Of a stretch of DNA of 64,000 nucleotides, positions 37,066 to 50,213 are shown one piece after another. Within the stretch, counting starts at the first letter, position 1. The number at the start of each line of letters is the position of its first letter. The notes under the pieces were generated by a model. That model had not been told where the DNA came from, made no database searches, and worked only from the letters and a program-made list of their open reading frames with translations. Source of the stretch: Azolla caroliniana (lineage: Eukaryota > Plantae > Polypodiophyta); the NCBI GenBank assembly GCA_043228905.1, contig JBHGNT010000004.1:13764001-13828000 (forward strand), read 5' to 3'. The translations under genes and the position numbers were made by a program.

Positions 37066-38770
37066 GTGTACAACATTCAGCTATCTGATTGAGTGGTCCT
37101 CAACCCACTCGCGTGGATTTCTTCGACCATCAACATGGATTGTATGTCGAAGGACGGTGGCTTCACCTAGGTGCAAAATTTCGTCCGGATTGGCCCGTAC
37201 TGTTGTGCAAGACAATCAAGACAGATCTGGATCATCTCCTCTTCTTCCACTGTTACGTTGATGGATCCAATTGCATCGCAGATCTCCTTAATCTTGGTGG
37301 TGTCTTCCATAACCAACATATCTCTCTGCCAGATATTGTTCTGCCGGAACTGCAATTTACGGGTTGTGGTACTTGTGGCGAAAATCTTCTGTACATTTTC
37401 CCAGGCCTCCTTTGGCGTTTTGGCATCCTTGATGTAGTTGAGCATCTAATCGTGCACACCGAACACGAGGCAGTACAATCCGCCTTCGTGTACAAGATCT
37501 GGTTGTCCGATTGAGTGGTCCTCGACCCACTCACGCAGATTTCTTCGACCATCAACATGGATTGTATGTCGAAGAAGGACGGTGGCTTCTCACGGGTGCA
37601 AAATTTCGTCTGGATTGGCCCGTACTGTTGTGCAAGACCACCAAGATAGATTTGGATCATCTCGTCTTCTTCCACTGCTACGTTGATGGAACTGAGTGCA
37701 TCCCAAATCTCCTTAATCTTGGTGGTGTCATCCATAACCAACATATCTCTCTACCAGATATTGTTCTCTTCTTGCCGGAGCTGCAACTTACGGGTTGTGG
37801 TACTTGTGGCGAAAATCTTCTGTAGATTTTCCCAGGCCTCCTTTGGCGTTTTGGCATCCTTGATGTAGTTGAGCATCTAATCGTGCACACCGAACACGAG
37901 GCAATATAATCCACCTCCGTGTACAAGATTCAGTTGTCCGATTGAGTGGTCCTCGACCCACTCGCATGCATTTCATTGACCATCAACATGGATTGTATGT
38001 CGAAGAAGGACGGTGGCTTCTCACGGGTGCAAGTCTTCGTCCGGATTGGCCCGTAATGTTGTGCAAGACCACCAAGATAGATTTGGATCATCTCGTCTTC
38101 TTCCACTGCTACGTTGATGGATCCGAGTGCATCGCAGATCTCCTTAATCTTGCTGGTGTCGTCCATAACCAACATATCTCTCTGCCAGATATTGTTCTAT
38201 TCTTGCCGGAGCTGCAACTTACGGGTTGTGGTACTTGTGGCGAAAATCTTATGTAGATTTTCCCAGGCCTCCTTTGGTGTTTTGGCATCCTTGATGTAGT
38301 TGAGCATCTAATCGTGCACACCGAACACGAGGCAGTACAATCCGCCTCCGTGTACAAGTTCCGGTTGTCTGATTGAGTGGTCCTAGACCCACTCGCATGG
38401 ATTTCTTCGACCATCAACATGGATTGTATGTTGAGGAAGGATGGTGGCTTCTCACGAGTGCAAATTTTCGTCTGGATTGGCCTGTAATGTTGTGCAAGAC
38501 CACCAAGATAGATCTGGATCATCTCGTCTTCTTCCACCGTTACGTTGATGGATCCGAGTGCATCGCAAATCTCCTTAATCTTGGTGGTGTCATCCATAAC
38601 CAACATTTCTCTCTGTCGGATGTTGTTCTGCTCTTGCCGGAGCTGCAACTTACTTGTTGTGGTACTTGCGGCGAAAATCTTTCGTAGATTTTCCTAGGCG
38701 TCCTTTGGGGTTTTTGCATCCTTGATGTAGTTGAGCATCTAATCGTGCATACCGAACACGAGGCAATACA
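37066..38770 (-). repeat. Four tandem ~431-bp copies of an internal gag segment
   Basis: Homologous positions at 37089, 37511, 37942 and 38373 (periods 422, 431, 431). Confidence 0.93.
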
Positions 38771-39248
38771 ATACTTGGCTCGCTCCTTGCTCCCATGCCG
38801 GGAAGTGTTGACCGGTCAGAAGAGCAAGGACAAGTGGGAAGGCAGAGTCGGATCGGATAATAGGAAGTAAATAATAGTAGAATTATTATTCGGAGGGACG
38901 GATCCGGTACAGTTGTACCGATCCGGATCCAGACCGATTCGGATGCCGGTTGCCTAAGCGCACCAATTGTAACCTTGCCGGATGCCTATAAAAGGATCCG
39001 ATGATTTGTAAAGGTCTGGACGGAAGTAATACAAATAGAATTATTGCGTGTTTATCTATATCTCTGTATTGTTTTACCGTCTGTGCTTAATTGTAATCAT
39101 CTTACGCGTGTAACCTAGCATCCAATCCTTACCACCCCTTTGGAGAAGTGTCGGATAGACACCTGTGTTGAGGCTAGTTCGGCCAGGTAGACAACACTAT
39201 TTTGGCGACCACGATTCCTGCAAAGTGCAGAGGACAACTGGGGGATGG

Positions 39249-42200
39249 ATGTCTAGACCAAACGACGACCACATCACCGAACGAGGGAGACGATACACCG
39301 AACGCGAGCAACGACGGGAAGCCCTACAGCAAGCCGTCGACGAGATCCGACGGGATCGGTCATTCTCCAAAACTCTTCGGAGAGTCGCAGAAGAAGCACT
39401 GCAGTTACGGGTTCTGCAAGTCCCCGACGAAGGCAGTAGCATAACAAGCCTGCAAGAGGCGGAAACGATACTACAGACGCTCGCTGGGGGCGACGGGGAC
39501 TCGGAAGCATTCGCAACACTTGAGGCGGAGTCGGAAAGCGACGGAAGCGTTGCGTCCCGGTATAAAAGCAGCCACGACACACCAAACGACCGGGGGGAAG
39601 AGGGGTCGGAAGACTCAGTAACACCGAAGCTAGAGGAAGAAATAACCTTGGAGTTCGGTGACCGGCAATCGCCGAGGGAGGCTGACGGGATACCGACAAC
39701 ACCCGCGAAGGAACCGAAGGAGCGGATACCGACAACACCCGCGGAGAAACCAAAGGACCGGACACCGGCAACACCCGCGGAGGAACTGAAGGAGTGGATA
39801 CCGGCACCAACCGCGGAGGAACCAAAGGTTCTCACACCGACGCCAACAGCGGACAGAGAGTGGAGAAGGCAGGAGAGTCAGTTGGACGACACGATGCCGT
39901 ACCCATACCCAAAGTACCGGGATGAGCCCGACGCAGAGGCACACGTGTACGCATTCCTCCAAACATGGGAAGCCAACCATGTCTCCCAAAGACTGACGGA
40001 GCCCAAAGCCGAACGATCCAAAGTCGCCGAATTCGGCATGACCTTAGAAGGACCGGCGGCCTGATGGCACGCAAAGCACTTACCGGGCAGCTTTGCCACA
40101 TTCGATGCCTTGAAGGCCAAATTCCTCAGGCTTTTTCACAGACAAGTTGAGCAAAGGGAATTGGTCGGGCAGTTCTACACCACCCGGCAGGAAGAGAACG
40201 AGACTGTGCCACAATTCATCATTCGGTTTCAGACCCTGCATAGCAAACTGACGAGATCACCACCCGAAGACGAAGCCAAAGCAGTCTTTTTGGCCGCGCT
40301 GAAAGAGCCACTTCGAACAATGTGCGGAGTCCTTGATTTCCACACCAGCACAATGGACCAAGTTATTGATCGGATCTTAGAAATGGACAAGAATAGCTCC
40401 TTCTTGTCGATGGGGATGTTACACCGGGCACTCCCGAAGGAGGAAGACCTGAGGTTCCGACAGGCCTTACAATGCACAACATGCCTAAATTTGGGCCACT
40501 CAACAGTAGACTGCACCCTACGGACACAATGTATGATCTGCAACTCTCGAGCCCATACAACGGACCGATGCGAATATAACCTGTTAAATCGGCAGGCAGC
40601 ACCGGTTCGACACATAGAACCGCGCAATCAGAACCCGGATGAGGATCGATTCCGGAGAGACAACCGCTACCAACGCGAACGCGGTCACAGATACGCTGAT
40701 AGAAGACGCGATAACTATGACCAAGAGGAGAAACGCAGAGATAGCTACCCCCGGGACCGGTACGACCGAGACGAATCCCCGGAATACGAACAACGCAGAG
40801 AAGAGAGGCGACAAGGGAACCGAAATTTCCGACGGAATCAGAAGCGTGGATTTTTCCGAAGAGAAGAACGTCGGGAGGCAGCAAGGAATGACAACCCGGT
40901 ATCGGTACCGGATAACCGAAAAACCGAAGACGACCGCCGAAGCATACCCACCCTCCAAACCGGGGACAAAGGAGAAACGAGCAACAGTCACAAGGTGTAC
41001 TGTTATTACTGCCGTAAGGAAGGCCATTATAGTAACCAATGCCCAAGCAAAACCAATGACAAGCAGCCGGCAGTCAACATGGTTACAGCCGAAATAACAG
41101 AAGTACAATAGGTCACAACCCGGTCAAAGGGAAAGACCGCCGAGTGGGAAGCCCGGGAGGCAATCAGAAAACAAGCGGCGGAATGGATCAAGGAGGCCAA
41201 TGAACAGAATGCGGCAGAAGTAAGAGACCAAAATATGCCAAAAGACGAAGAAATCATACAGCCAGGAGAAAACCCGACGTGGCAAGCGCTACAGGACTGT
41301 CAAATCGTGCTGCCGTTAGCACGACTACTACAGTTGGTGCCACGGTTTACGGTAGACTTACAGGCATCCGTGAGCAAACCGAAGCCGACGCCAACACCGG
41401 TATTCTTCTCCAACCCGGAGGAAGGACCAACGGTGGTCGATACAAGTAGCCCGGCGATCACGGCAATCGTGAAAGGAAAGGAAATTGCTGGAACGATTAT
41501 TGACGGAGGCTCCGGGGTAAATGTCATCAGCCGACAGACATGCGACAACCTGGGCATCCGGGAATGGGAACCATGCCCCTTCTGGTTACGCATGGTGGAT
41601 ACCAGCTCAGTCCGACCGACCGGGCTTATCCGGGAATTGGAAGTAACGATCGGAGGCCACGTATTCCGGATATCGGCCGTGGTGCTGCAGCTGAATGTAC
41701 AAGGCGCGTACCCCCTACTGCTAGGACGACCATGGCTGCGAACGACGCATATCAAGCAGAACTGGCAAAAGAACATGATCACATTTCGGCGAGGGAAAAC
41801 AAAGGTACGAGTAACGACGCAACCACGGGTGATCACCAGTAAGGAAGCAACTCCATTGTATGCGGAAAGCATCAACATGTTGGAGGGATTACCGGACGAG
41901 GAAGTCGAGCGGTACCTCGAGGAACACCCACGAATCGTCCCACTATTTGAGGTGGATATCACGGCGGCAGTAGAACCGTACATTACGACGTTGGACGAAC
42001 CGGACCAAGCGGCGATCCGGGAACTGCGACAAGCGCAGGAATCCCTAGAGAGGGAAATGACAATATCCCAGAGGGTAAAAGCATCCCAACTAGAGGAGGT
42101 GGACCTCGACACAACAGACAAGCCCCGACCGGTAAATGTCGCAAAGGAATTGCCGAAGGAAGAAAAGAAGGCAATGATAGCATTATTAACAGACTTCAAG

Positions 42201-45137
42201 GATGTGTTCGCGTGGTCGTACGAATACATGCGAGGGCTGGACCCCCAGCTCTATCAGCACCAAATTCACCTAAGTACGGACGCGAAACCGATCGCTCAAC
42301 GCAGGTACCGGATGAATCCGAATTAAGCGGCGAAGGTGAAGGAGGAGATTGATAAGCTCCTCCGGGTCGGATTTATCCGACCAGTCAAGCAAGCAACCTG
42401 GCTGAGCCCGATAGTGGTGGTCCCGAAAAAGAACGGCAAAATCCGGGTATGCGTGGACTACCGAAAACTAAATGCCGCAACAGTGACCGATGCGTTTCCA
42501 CTACCATTTACGGACGGGGTGTTAGATGCGGTAGCCGGCCACGAAGTTTACAGCTTCCTGGATGGATTTAGCGGCTACAACCAAATACGAATGAACCCGG
42601 CCGACCAGGAGAAGACAACGTTCGTTACGGAATGGGGAGTGTTCGTCGCGGTCGTGATGATGTTCGGACTAAAGACGGCTCCAACGACCTTTCAAAGGAT
42701 AATAATGGAAATTTTCGGGGAATATATCCCTGGTTTTATGCAAGTCTTCCTTGACGATTTTGCGGTCTACAGCCGGCACAGAGAGCATCTCGATCACCTC
42801 CGGCTGTGCTTGGAGAAGTGTCGCGAGTACCGGTTGAGTCTGAACCCGGCCAAGTGCGTCTTTGGAGTGGCAAGCGGCAACTTACTAGGGCACGTGGTGA
42901 GTAAGGAAGGAATCGCGGTAGATCCGGATAAAGTCAAGGCGATTCTCGAGGCACCAGCACCAAATAACGCAAAGGCTTTAAGCCGGTTCCTGGGCCAAAT
43001 AAGGTGGCATAGCCGGATGATACGGCACCTCGCAGACTTCGCTACACCATTACATACCGCCGTACACAGGGTACCCTTCCTATGGGCGGAGACGGAGGAG
43101 GAAGCCTACCAAGCGTTGAAGGTTATGCTGTCGCAAGCTCCGGTGGTGCAACCGCCGGATTGGAGTAAAAGCTTTCACGTCTTCGTCGACGCGTCAGACG
43201 TAGCAATCGGTAGCGTTCTGATGCAACTCACGGAGCCGAAATGGTACCGACCGGTGTACTACGCAAGCCGGAAACTCTCAAAAGCCGAACGGAACTACTC
43301 TACAACGGAACGCGAGGCATTGGGAATGGTGTATAGTGTCACAAAGTACAGGCACTATCTGCTCGGAAGGAAGTTTTCCTTCCATGTCGACCATTCGGCA
43401 CTACTCTACCTGGTCTCGAAGGCATCCCTGATGGGAAAAATTGCACGATGGACACTGCTGTTACAGGAATTTGAATTCGACATTTTCCACCGACCCGGGC
43501 CACAGCATGCGGTAGCGGACTACCTAAGCAGACTCGAATCCGGAGAAGCAGGGGACGGCGTCCAGGATGAGTTCCCCGATGCTGAGTTGTTCCGGATCAC
43601 GACGAAACCGGCAACGGATGCAACGGTAGCCGATGAAGACACGTGGCTAATTGAGATGCATCAGATCCTGAGCACCGGAGTACCCCCGGAGAACATGGAC
43701 CGCGATGAAAGGAAAAGGGTAGTAGTAAGAAGCAGACATTTCTGCTTGGTTGGAGACACCCTCTATCACAAGGGGGCAGATGGCATCTTGAGACGAGCAG
43801 TGTGGAGCGATGAGAAGGATTTAATCCTCAGGGAAGCCCACTGTGGAATTGCCGGCGGGCATTATGCCGGCGACGCAACCGCTCGGAAAATATGGCAGAG
43901 CGGATTGTGGTGGCCCACCACCCTAAAAGATGCCGTGAAGTATAGCAGAGAATGCGATTTGTGTCAACGACTGGGCCAACCCACGGAGCAGGCCCGGATG
44001 CCACACCACCTGGTCTTGCCTTTGGAACCGTTTCAAAAGTGGAGTTTGGACTTTGTCGGTCCCTTCAAGCCACCGGCAATGCGAACCGGAAATCGGTATG
44101 TCATAGTGGCGACCGACTATTGCACCAAATGGGTAGAAGCAAAGGCCTTACGGGACAACACGACCGTGTCCACGGCAAAGTTTCTGTACGAGTGCATATG
44201 GTGCCGGTATGGATGCCCGATCGAGCTTATAAGTGACCAAGGAGGACATTTTCTCGGGCAGGTAGTAGAAAGCCTGACGTCATTTTACGCGGTGGTACAT
44301 AAAAAGAGTACTCCCTACTACCCTCAAGCCAATGGACTAGTGGAATCAACGAACAAAACCCTGCAGAACATCCTACGAAAAATCGTCAACGAGAACCGGA
44401 CCGACTGGGATACGAAATTGCAAAGCGTGCTATGGGCGTACCGAACAACGTACAAAACCAGCATCCGGACAACCCCGTTCTGACTAGCATTCGGTTTAGA
44501 AGCGGTCATGCCGGTAGAATTCCAGATCCCCAGCTTACGGATCCAGGTAAAGGAGCGCTTAAGTGAGAAGGAGTCCGAACGAATCCGGCTGGCGACGTTG
44601 TTGGAATTAGAAGAAAACCGAATAGCCAGCTTACTACAACTCGAACTGGAGCAACGGAGGAGAAAAGCTTTTGTGGACCGACACCGGCGTGGCAACGAAA
44701 AGGAGTTCGAAGTCGGGAAACCGGTGCTACTATTCCAGACACGGATGGGGAACATGCCGGGAAAGTTGCGGTTTCGGTGGACCGGACCGTTCTGGATCAC
44801 CAAGGAGTACAATGGGTCGTATCAGCTCGGCACGTTGTCTGGAGAGGTCATCGGTAAGTGGGCAAATGGGTTTCGGCTAAAGCCGTATAAGGGAAATATG
44901 CCAGCAAACCCGTTCAAGCAAAACTCGGAAATCCGGCAAGATGAGGAACCGACACCGACCGACGATGCTGCAGATATCCGGACCGAGGAAGAACCGACAC
45001 CGACAGACGCTGCTGCAGATATCCGGACCAAGGAAGAACCGACACCGATACTGACAAAAACTATCCCGGAAAACCGACAGAAGGATTCGGTATCAGCGCG
45101 AACTGACCTGAACAAATCGGGGGGGACCAGAAAATGA
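39249..45137 (+). pseudogene. Gypsy gag-pol, single frame with four nonsense codons (40062, 41109, 42324, 44481)
   Basis: Five ORF pieces share one frame: CYYCRKEGHYSNQC, IIDGGSGVN, FLDGFSGYNQI, VFLDDF, FVDASD, HCGIAGGHY..C..C and YYPQANGLVE. No chromodomain or extra RNase H was seen. Confidence 0.93.
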
Positions 45138-45521
45138 CGTGGTCCAAACAAAAAAAAAAAAGAAAAAAATCATAGTAGTGATGGGGAGATCACAAGAGGT
45201 GGGAGCGCCACCATGCAACGAAGAGGCGCCATGCAGTAAAGAAGGACGTGCGCGTACTTGCTATTTAAAGCATGGAACGTGGGCACTCACACGCGGCAAG
45301 CAAGAAAGGACATACTAATTATGGCGGGAGATGAACATGCGCGGGAAACGAAAAAGGGCGGCTCGAGGCAAAAGCCACTATATAAGACACAGGCCTGCGA
45401 AGGACTTACTTTTTACGAATTTTCCTACACGCAGGCGCAGAAGCACAGAAGAGCAATCTGACGCACAACGCACACACAGCCCGATCCCGAACAATAGACA
45501 GCAGAAGAAGAAGTCGAACCA

Positions 45522-48443
45522 ATGGCACTGTCGGAGGAGGCACGCCAATGGATGAGGGAGAACGGGTTAAAAGGATTGCTGCGGATCGCCGACGCTCCAC
45601 CACACGCAGAACCAGAGCAGGCGGCAGCATCGATTAATTTATCAGAAATCACGGAAGGAGCGGTGCAGGCGCTCACGGGGATAAAAGCAGGAGGACTTCA
45701 AACAATCGAAAACCCTTCAAGTGAAATCCTGTTCGAATATTTCGGTGAGTATTCTATTAGCAGCAAGGCGTACCGAACACAGGGCGGAGAGAACCTGCTG
45801 TTCGGAGAAGTGGCCCGCGCCATGATGGAATACGGATTCGTGAATCCTCGTCCCCCGGCCATAGCCAGGTACCGGGCAGCATTCTTAATTGCAGCGTACG
45901 AAGGACTACAAGTGGACTGGCTCCATTTCATAACCGAAGGATTGAAGGAGGCCATCAAGAACCTTGTGGAAGGAAAAAAGCCATGGGCTGGGATAGCACA
46001 ATGGCTAACGGTGTTAGTCCCACCGGTGCTCCCCAGGAAACAAAAGAAAAGAGGTCGGCAGGAGACGACGCCGAAAAAGGTCACAAAGCGCCGACATATC
46101 CTGGAGAAACACACCCCCGGATGGACCCAGGAAGAAGCAGAACAGCGGGGGGAAGGACCATCCTGACAGCAACAGGAACCGGCAACAAAGGCAAAACCGG
46201 CAGGAAAAGGCAAAGGGAAATCGGCCGAGGAGGAACCGGTAGCGCTCAAACCAATCAATATAACGCTGCGACGGCCGGAACCGGAACCAGAGGTCTTTAT
46301 ACAAAAGGTCCGTCTGGTAGCCGCACCGGAGGAGGAAGCTGAAACAGAAGACTCATCCGAACCACTAGTAAGACTCCCAGCAAGACAAGGTCGGGAGAGA
46401 CGGGCGAAAGGACCGGCTCCACCAGTTGACAAAACTCAGCAGAGGGCGCAAGGACCACCTCCAGTAGCCGAGGCGGAAGCAATACCGGAACCCGTACCGA
46501 GGGAAGCAGCACCGACACCGGTTTTCCCGGACTTCAGAGAACCGGTCATCCCAGAGAAGAGGAATGAACAAGCGCCGGAGCCAGAGAAAAGGCCGGAAAA
46601 ACAGCCTGAGTTAAGGAGTAGAAGTGAGCAAGGCTACCCCGACACAGGAAGCACAAAGACACAATGGCTGAGATGGCTTTCGGAGCAGTTATCGGGAGTA
46701 GCAGACCAGTTAGAGGAAGAAGAAACGTGTAGGCAACATCTGACGCATACAACAACCCAGGAGTTGGTCGCGCTCCGAACACAGATCGAGGAATTGTAAG
46801 GGGAGTTGTTGCAGGCAAGGGAAGGAATTCAACAAGCACAAGTTGTCACCGAGCCGGTCGGGACAACAAGGAAGCAACCAGAACCAGAACCGGAACCGGT
46901 AGCCTTGCAAACCGGCCCTGAGACCGAAAAAATAATAGAAACCTTACGAGAGGAGTTAAAAGCTCAGGAGGCATTAAGGGAAAAAGAAAGGGAGCAGCGG
47001 AAAGCGGTCGAGGACGACAGACGGAAAATGGAAGAAGGCCTTCGGAAAGGCCGAGCCACTAATGACCGACTGCAAGAAGAAAAAGAGAAGCTGCAAAAGG
47101 AGAAGGACCGACTGCGTCGACATGCCGAGCAGGAGATAGAACGACTGTAGGAAGAACTCCGACAACAGAAGAACCGGGATGACCGGTTAAGAGCTCAGGC
47201 AAACCGACGCCTGAAGCAAAAGACGGAGGACTTCGACCGTCTCTACCGAGATCACAAGCAGGCCGAGTCGGACAACAAGAAACGGGCAGCAAACTACGAC
47301 CGGCAAATAGAGAAGTTGAAAGAACAGCTCAAAGAGACCCGATTAGATCTGGCTAAGGCAATGGATGAGGTCAGTGCCAAAAAGGAAGCATTGTCGGCGG
47401 AAATAACCCAAGCGACGGAGAGAAGGAAGGAATTAGAGGCGCTAAGGCGGGAAAAGCTGGATCTAACCAAGATCAAGAATGAAGAAAAGGAAAGATCGAC
47501 CTTCACGATCAACAAACTGCAAAGTACCTATGAAAAGCAGAAAGCGGATTACGAGGCCCAGGCTCAGATAATGGCCGACATTATAAAACGGGCAAGGAAG
47601 GAAAAGCAAGAAGCTTATGCGCATGCTAAGGCGGGGGTTGACCGGATCAAGCTCATCATGTCAGGTTGGAGTACCCGAGCTCAGGCAAGCATCAACGAAA
47701 GTACGGAAAAGCTATGGAAGGAGTGGTCACAACAGGCAGCCGAGCTGCAGACACTCCGAGCTGATGCCGAGAATCGGAGGAAGACGGGTGACAAGTTCTA
47801 CAAGATGGATGAAGAAAGTATCATCGCCATTCGGGAAGAATTGTCGGAGGATTTCTACGCTTTAGCGGAAGAACATCTCAAAGAAATCCGAGGGTTGGTA
47901 GAGAGGTTGGATGACGGGCAGCTCGCAACTCAATTGGAGTTGGAGAAATACGAGCAGGACCGGTTACGACAGGAAGCCAAGGGAAGAACGACGCCAATCA
48001 CTATAAGTGAGGGAGAGCGACCGGCTAAAGTTGAACCAACCGACACCGAACAACCCCGACAAGGAATACCCGAAGAAGAACTTCCGTTCGAAGGAAATCA
48101 AGAAGAGCAGGAGCAGACCGATGCCGGAGAAGAAGACGAGCTGAGACCGGAAGACACCAGAGCAGAGGAAGAAGGCGTACCGAGTAGACCAGTCGAGACC
48201 GGAGAAAGCGAGACTGGTAACAGAACAGAGCCGGGAATGGAGGGAGAACAGGAAGAACCCGGACGGAGCGGTGAGGAAGCACCGACACCACAGAATCAAG
48301 CAGAGCCGGAGCAGCAAATTTTTACGGAACATCCAACCCAACCGGAGGTCGGAGACCAGGCAGGCAAGGAACAAGAATTGGAGGAAGAAGTACCACTTGA
48401 CACCATCGAGCAGAGTGTGCTCGATATTTTGGAGGAAGAATGA
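45522..48443 (+). pseudogene. Extra sense 3' ORF (~973 codons): globular N-terminal domain, Pro/Glu linker, coiled coil, acidic tail
   Basis: ORFs starting at 45522, 46806 and 47316 are in the same frame, broken by stops, and lie between pol and the 3' LTR. Confidence 0.8.
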
Positions 48444-49603
48444 GGCCGGGAGTGGATTCGAAGTGCAAGGCACTTTCCCACAGGCGTGCCATGTGTTGAC
48501 CGGTCAGAAGAGCAAGGACAAGTGGGAAGGCAGAGTCGGATCGGATAATAGGAAGTAAATAATAGTAGAATTATTATTCGGAGGGACGGATCTGGTACAG
48601 TTGTACCGATCCGGATCCGGACCGATTCGGATGCTGGTTGCCTAAGCGCACCGATTGTAACCTTGCCGGATGCCTATAAAAGGATCCGATGATTTGTAAA
48701 GGTCTGGACGGAAGTAATACAAATAGAATTATTGCGTGTTTATCTATATCTCTGTATTGTTTTACCGTCTGTGCTTAATTGTAATCATCTTACACGTGTA
48801 ACCTAGCATCCAATCCTTACCACCCCTTTGGAGAAGTGTCGGATAGACACCTGTGTTGAGGCTAGTCCGGCCAGGCAGACAACAGGAAGTCTTTGTGTGC
48901 TAGCTTCGGTGCTACCTCGTTAGTTCCTTCCACATAGCTCCAATATCCATGCCCCAGCATGTACTTGTGCATCTTATATGACAAGGATGCATAGTTCCTC
49001 CGGTCGAGCTTTTCTGTGGGAAGTGAACTTGCCATACCTCTCCATCTTTGGTTCTCTTTTGTTCTTGACCGAGTGTTATGGTTTGTCTTCGGCAGCGTCT
49101 GTTGGCTACAGAGGTTCTCAACCCACGCTCTCTGATCCCATGTAAAAGTTAGCATGCGGAAGCTTGACAAAACTGGTTTAGCCAAGTAGAGACAGAGAAT
49201 AAAAACACAGGTTCAATGGAAGCTTGAGAGTATTTAGCATACACGGGAGAGACAGAGAAAGTAGAACATCAACTCTATTCAAAAAATAACACTTTGTATC
49301 ACTTTGTACATACAACTTCCTAAACAACACTATTTATACCAGTCCTCAAAAGGACTGACAAAAGTACTATGTAATTCAATGCTAATACGAGCGGCTAACA
49401 CTAACTACGAGGACTCAGACCACCTAGTAGTCTAGGAGTATAGGCTACTACTAGCCTTCCAGTTCACATTTGAATCCAGCTCCCCGATCTGTCTCTCCGA
49501 TCCGGCTCCTAGTTCCAGATGTTATTCAGATACTGATCTGGATATCATCCGGCTCTTCATTCCGGATACTGATCTGGATCCGGTTTAGCTTGTTCGCTCA
49601 ACA

Positions 49604-50213
49604 TTATGGGACTATAAGTGTTTCACGATTGAAAGAAATGTTTTGGAATTGTAGAGGATATCCATGGAGTACAGGTTTAGGACTTAATGATGTAGCTCAA
49701 GGTATGGATATTATATTTTTGGCTGAAACATGTGACCATGAGGCAAAACTTATACCTAAGATAGAAGGTTACCTCATAAAATTGATATGGTCTCACTCTA
49801 AAGGGAATATTGGGTGTGCCAGGATAGCATGTATCTACCATGAGAGCTTAGATAATTCTATCAAAGTATGCAAATATGATGACTATAAGAGATACATATG
49901 GATAGAGGTTAATTTAGGGAAAGAGAAGTTGTATATAGTTGCATGTTACATTCCTCACAAAGACTCAAACTACTATAGTAGGTTTGGGCTAGATTGTGAT
50001 GATCCTTTTACAGAATTATGCCATGATATACTTTCATTTGAGAAGCTTGGTAAAGTTTTAATCATGGGAAACTTCAATGCAAGAGTTGGAAATTTCCAAA
50101 ATGTGGAGACATTTGAAGAAAATGTGGTAGAACATTGTCTACTTCGTGACTTAGAGGATTGTGTCATGTCAAATTCTGGAAAACTTTTGATACATATGTT
50201 AAATTGCACAAAC
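49604..50213 (+). pseudogene. Non-LTR retrotransposon (LINE) APE-type endonuclease, 5' piece
   Basis: FWNCRG, DIIFLAET, YIVACYIP and VLIMGNFNARVG are EEP/APE motifs. Confidence 0.88.

Larger units (their letters stand above)
38806..48884 (+). mobile_element. Full-length Ty3/gypsy, non-chromovirus Athila-like, with an extra 3' ORF
   Basis: 391-bp LTRs 38806-39196 and 48494-48884 (~7 transitions seen), TSD GGAAG, PBS TGGCGACCAC at ~39202 (tRNA-Arg-like). Domain order is gag-PR-RT-RH-INT. Confidence 0.96.
36822..49603 (-). mobile_element. 5' part of a Copia (LTR 49141-49603, degenerate PBS ~49128-49140, gag) split by the Gypsy insertion
   Basis: Gag is continuous across the TSD (gggaag|ggaagtctttgtg). 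ORF 48862-49185 has SSLPTEKLDRRNYAS; zinc knuckle CWYYGKKGHRESEC in ORF 36816-37076. Confidence 0.85.

Noticed and set aside
41109-41111. Programmed gag-pol stop-codon readthrough
   Set aside because: The context TAG-GTC lacks the CARYYA signal, and three other nonsense codons occur in the same frame; CAG>TAG decay is simpler.
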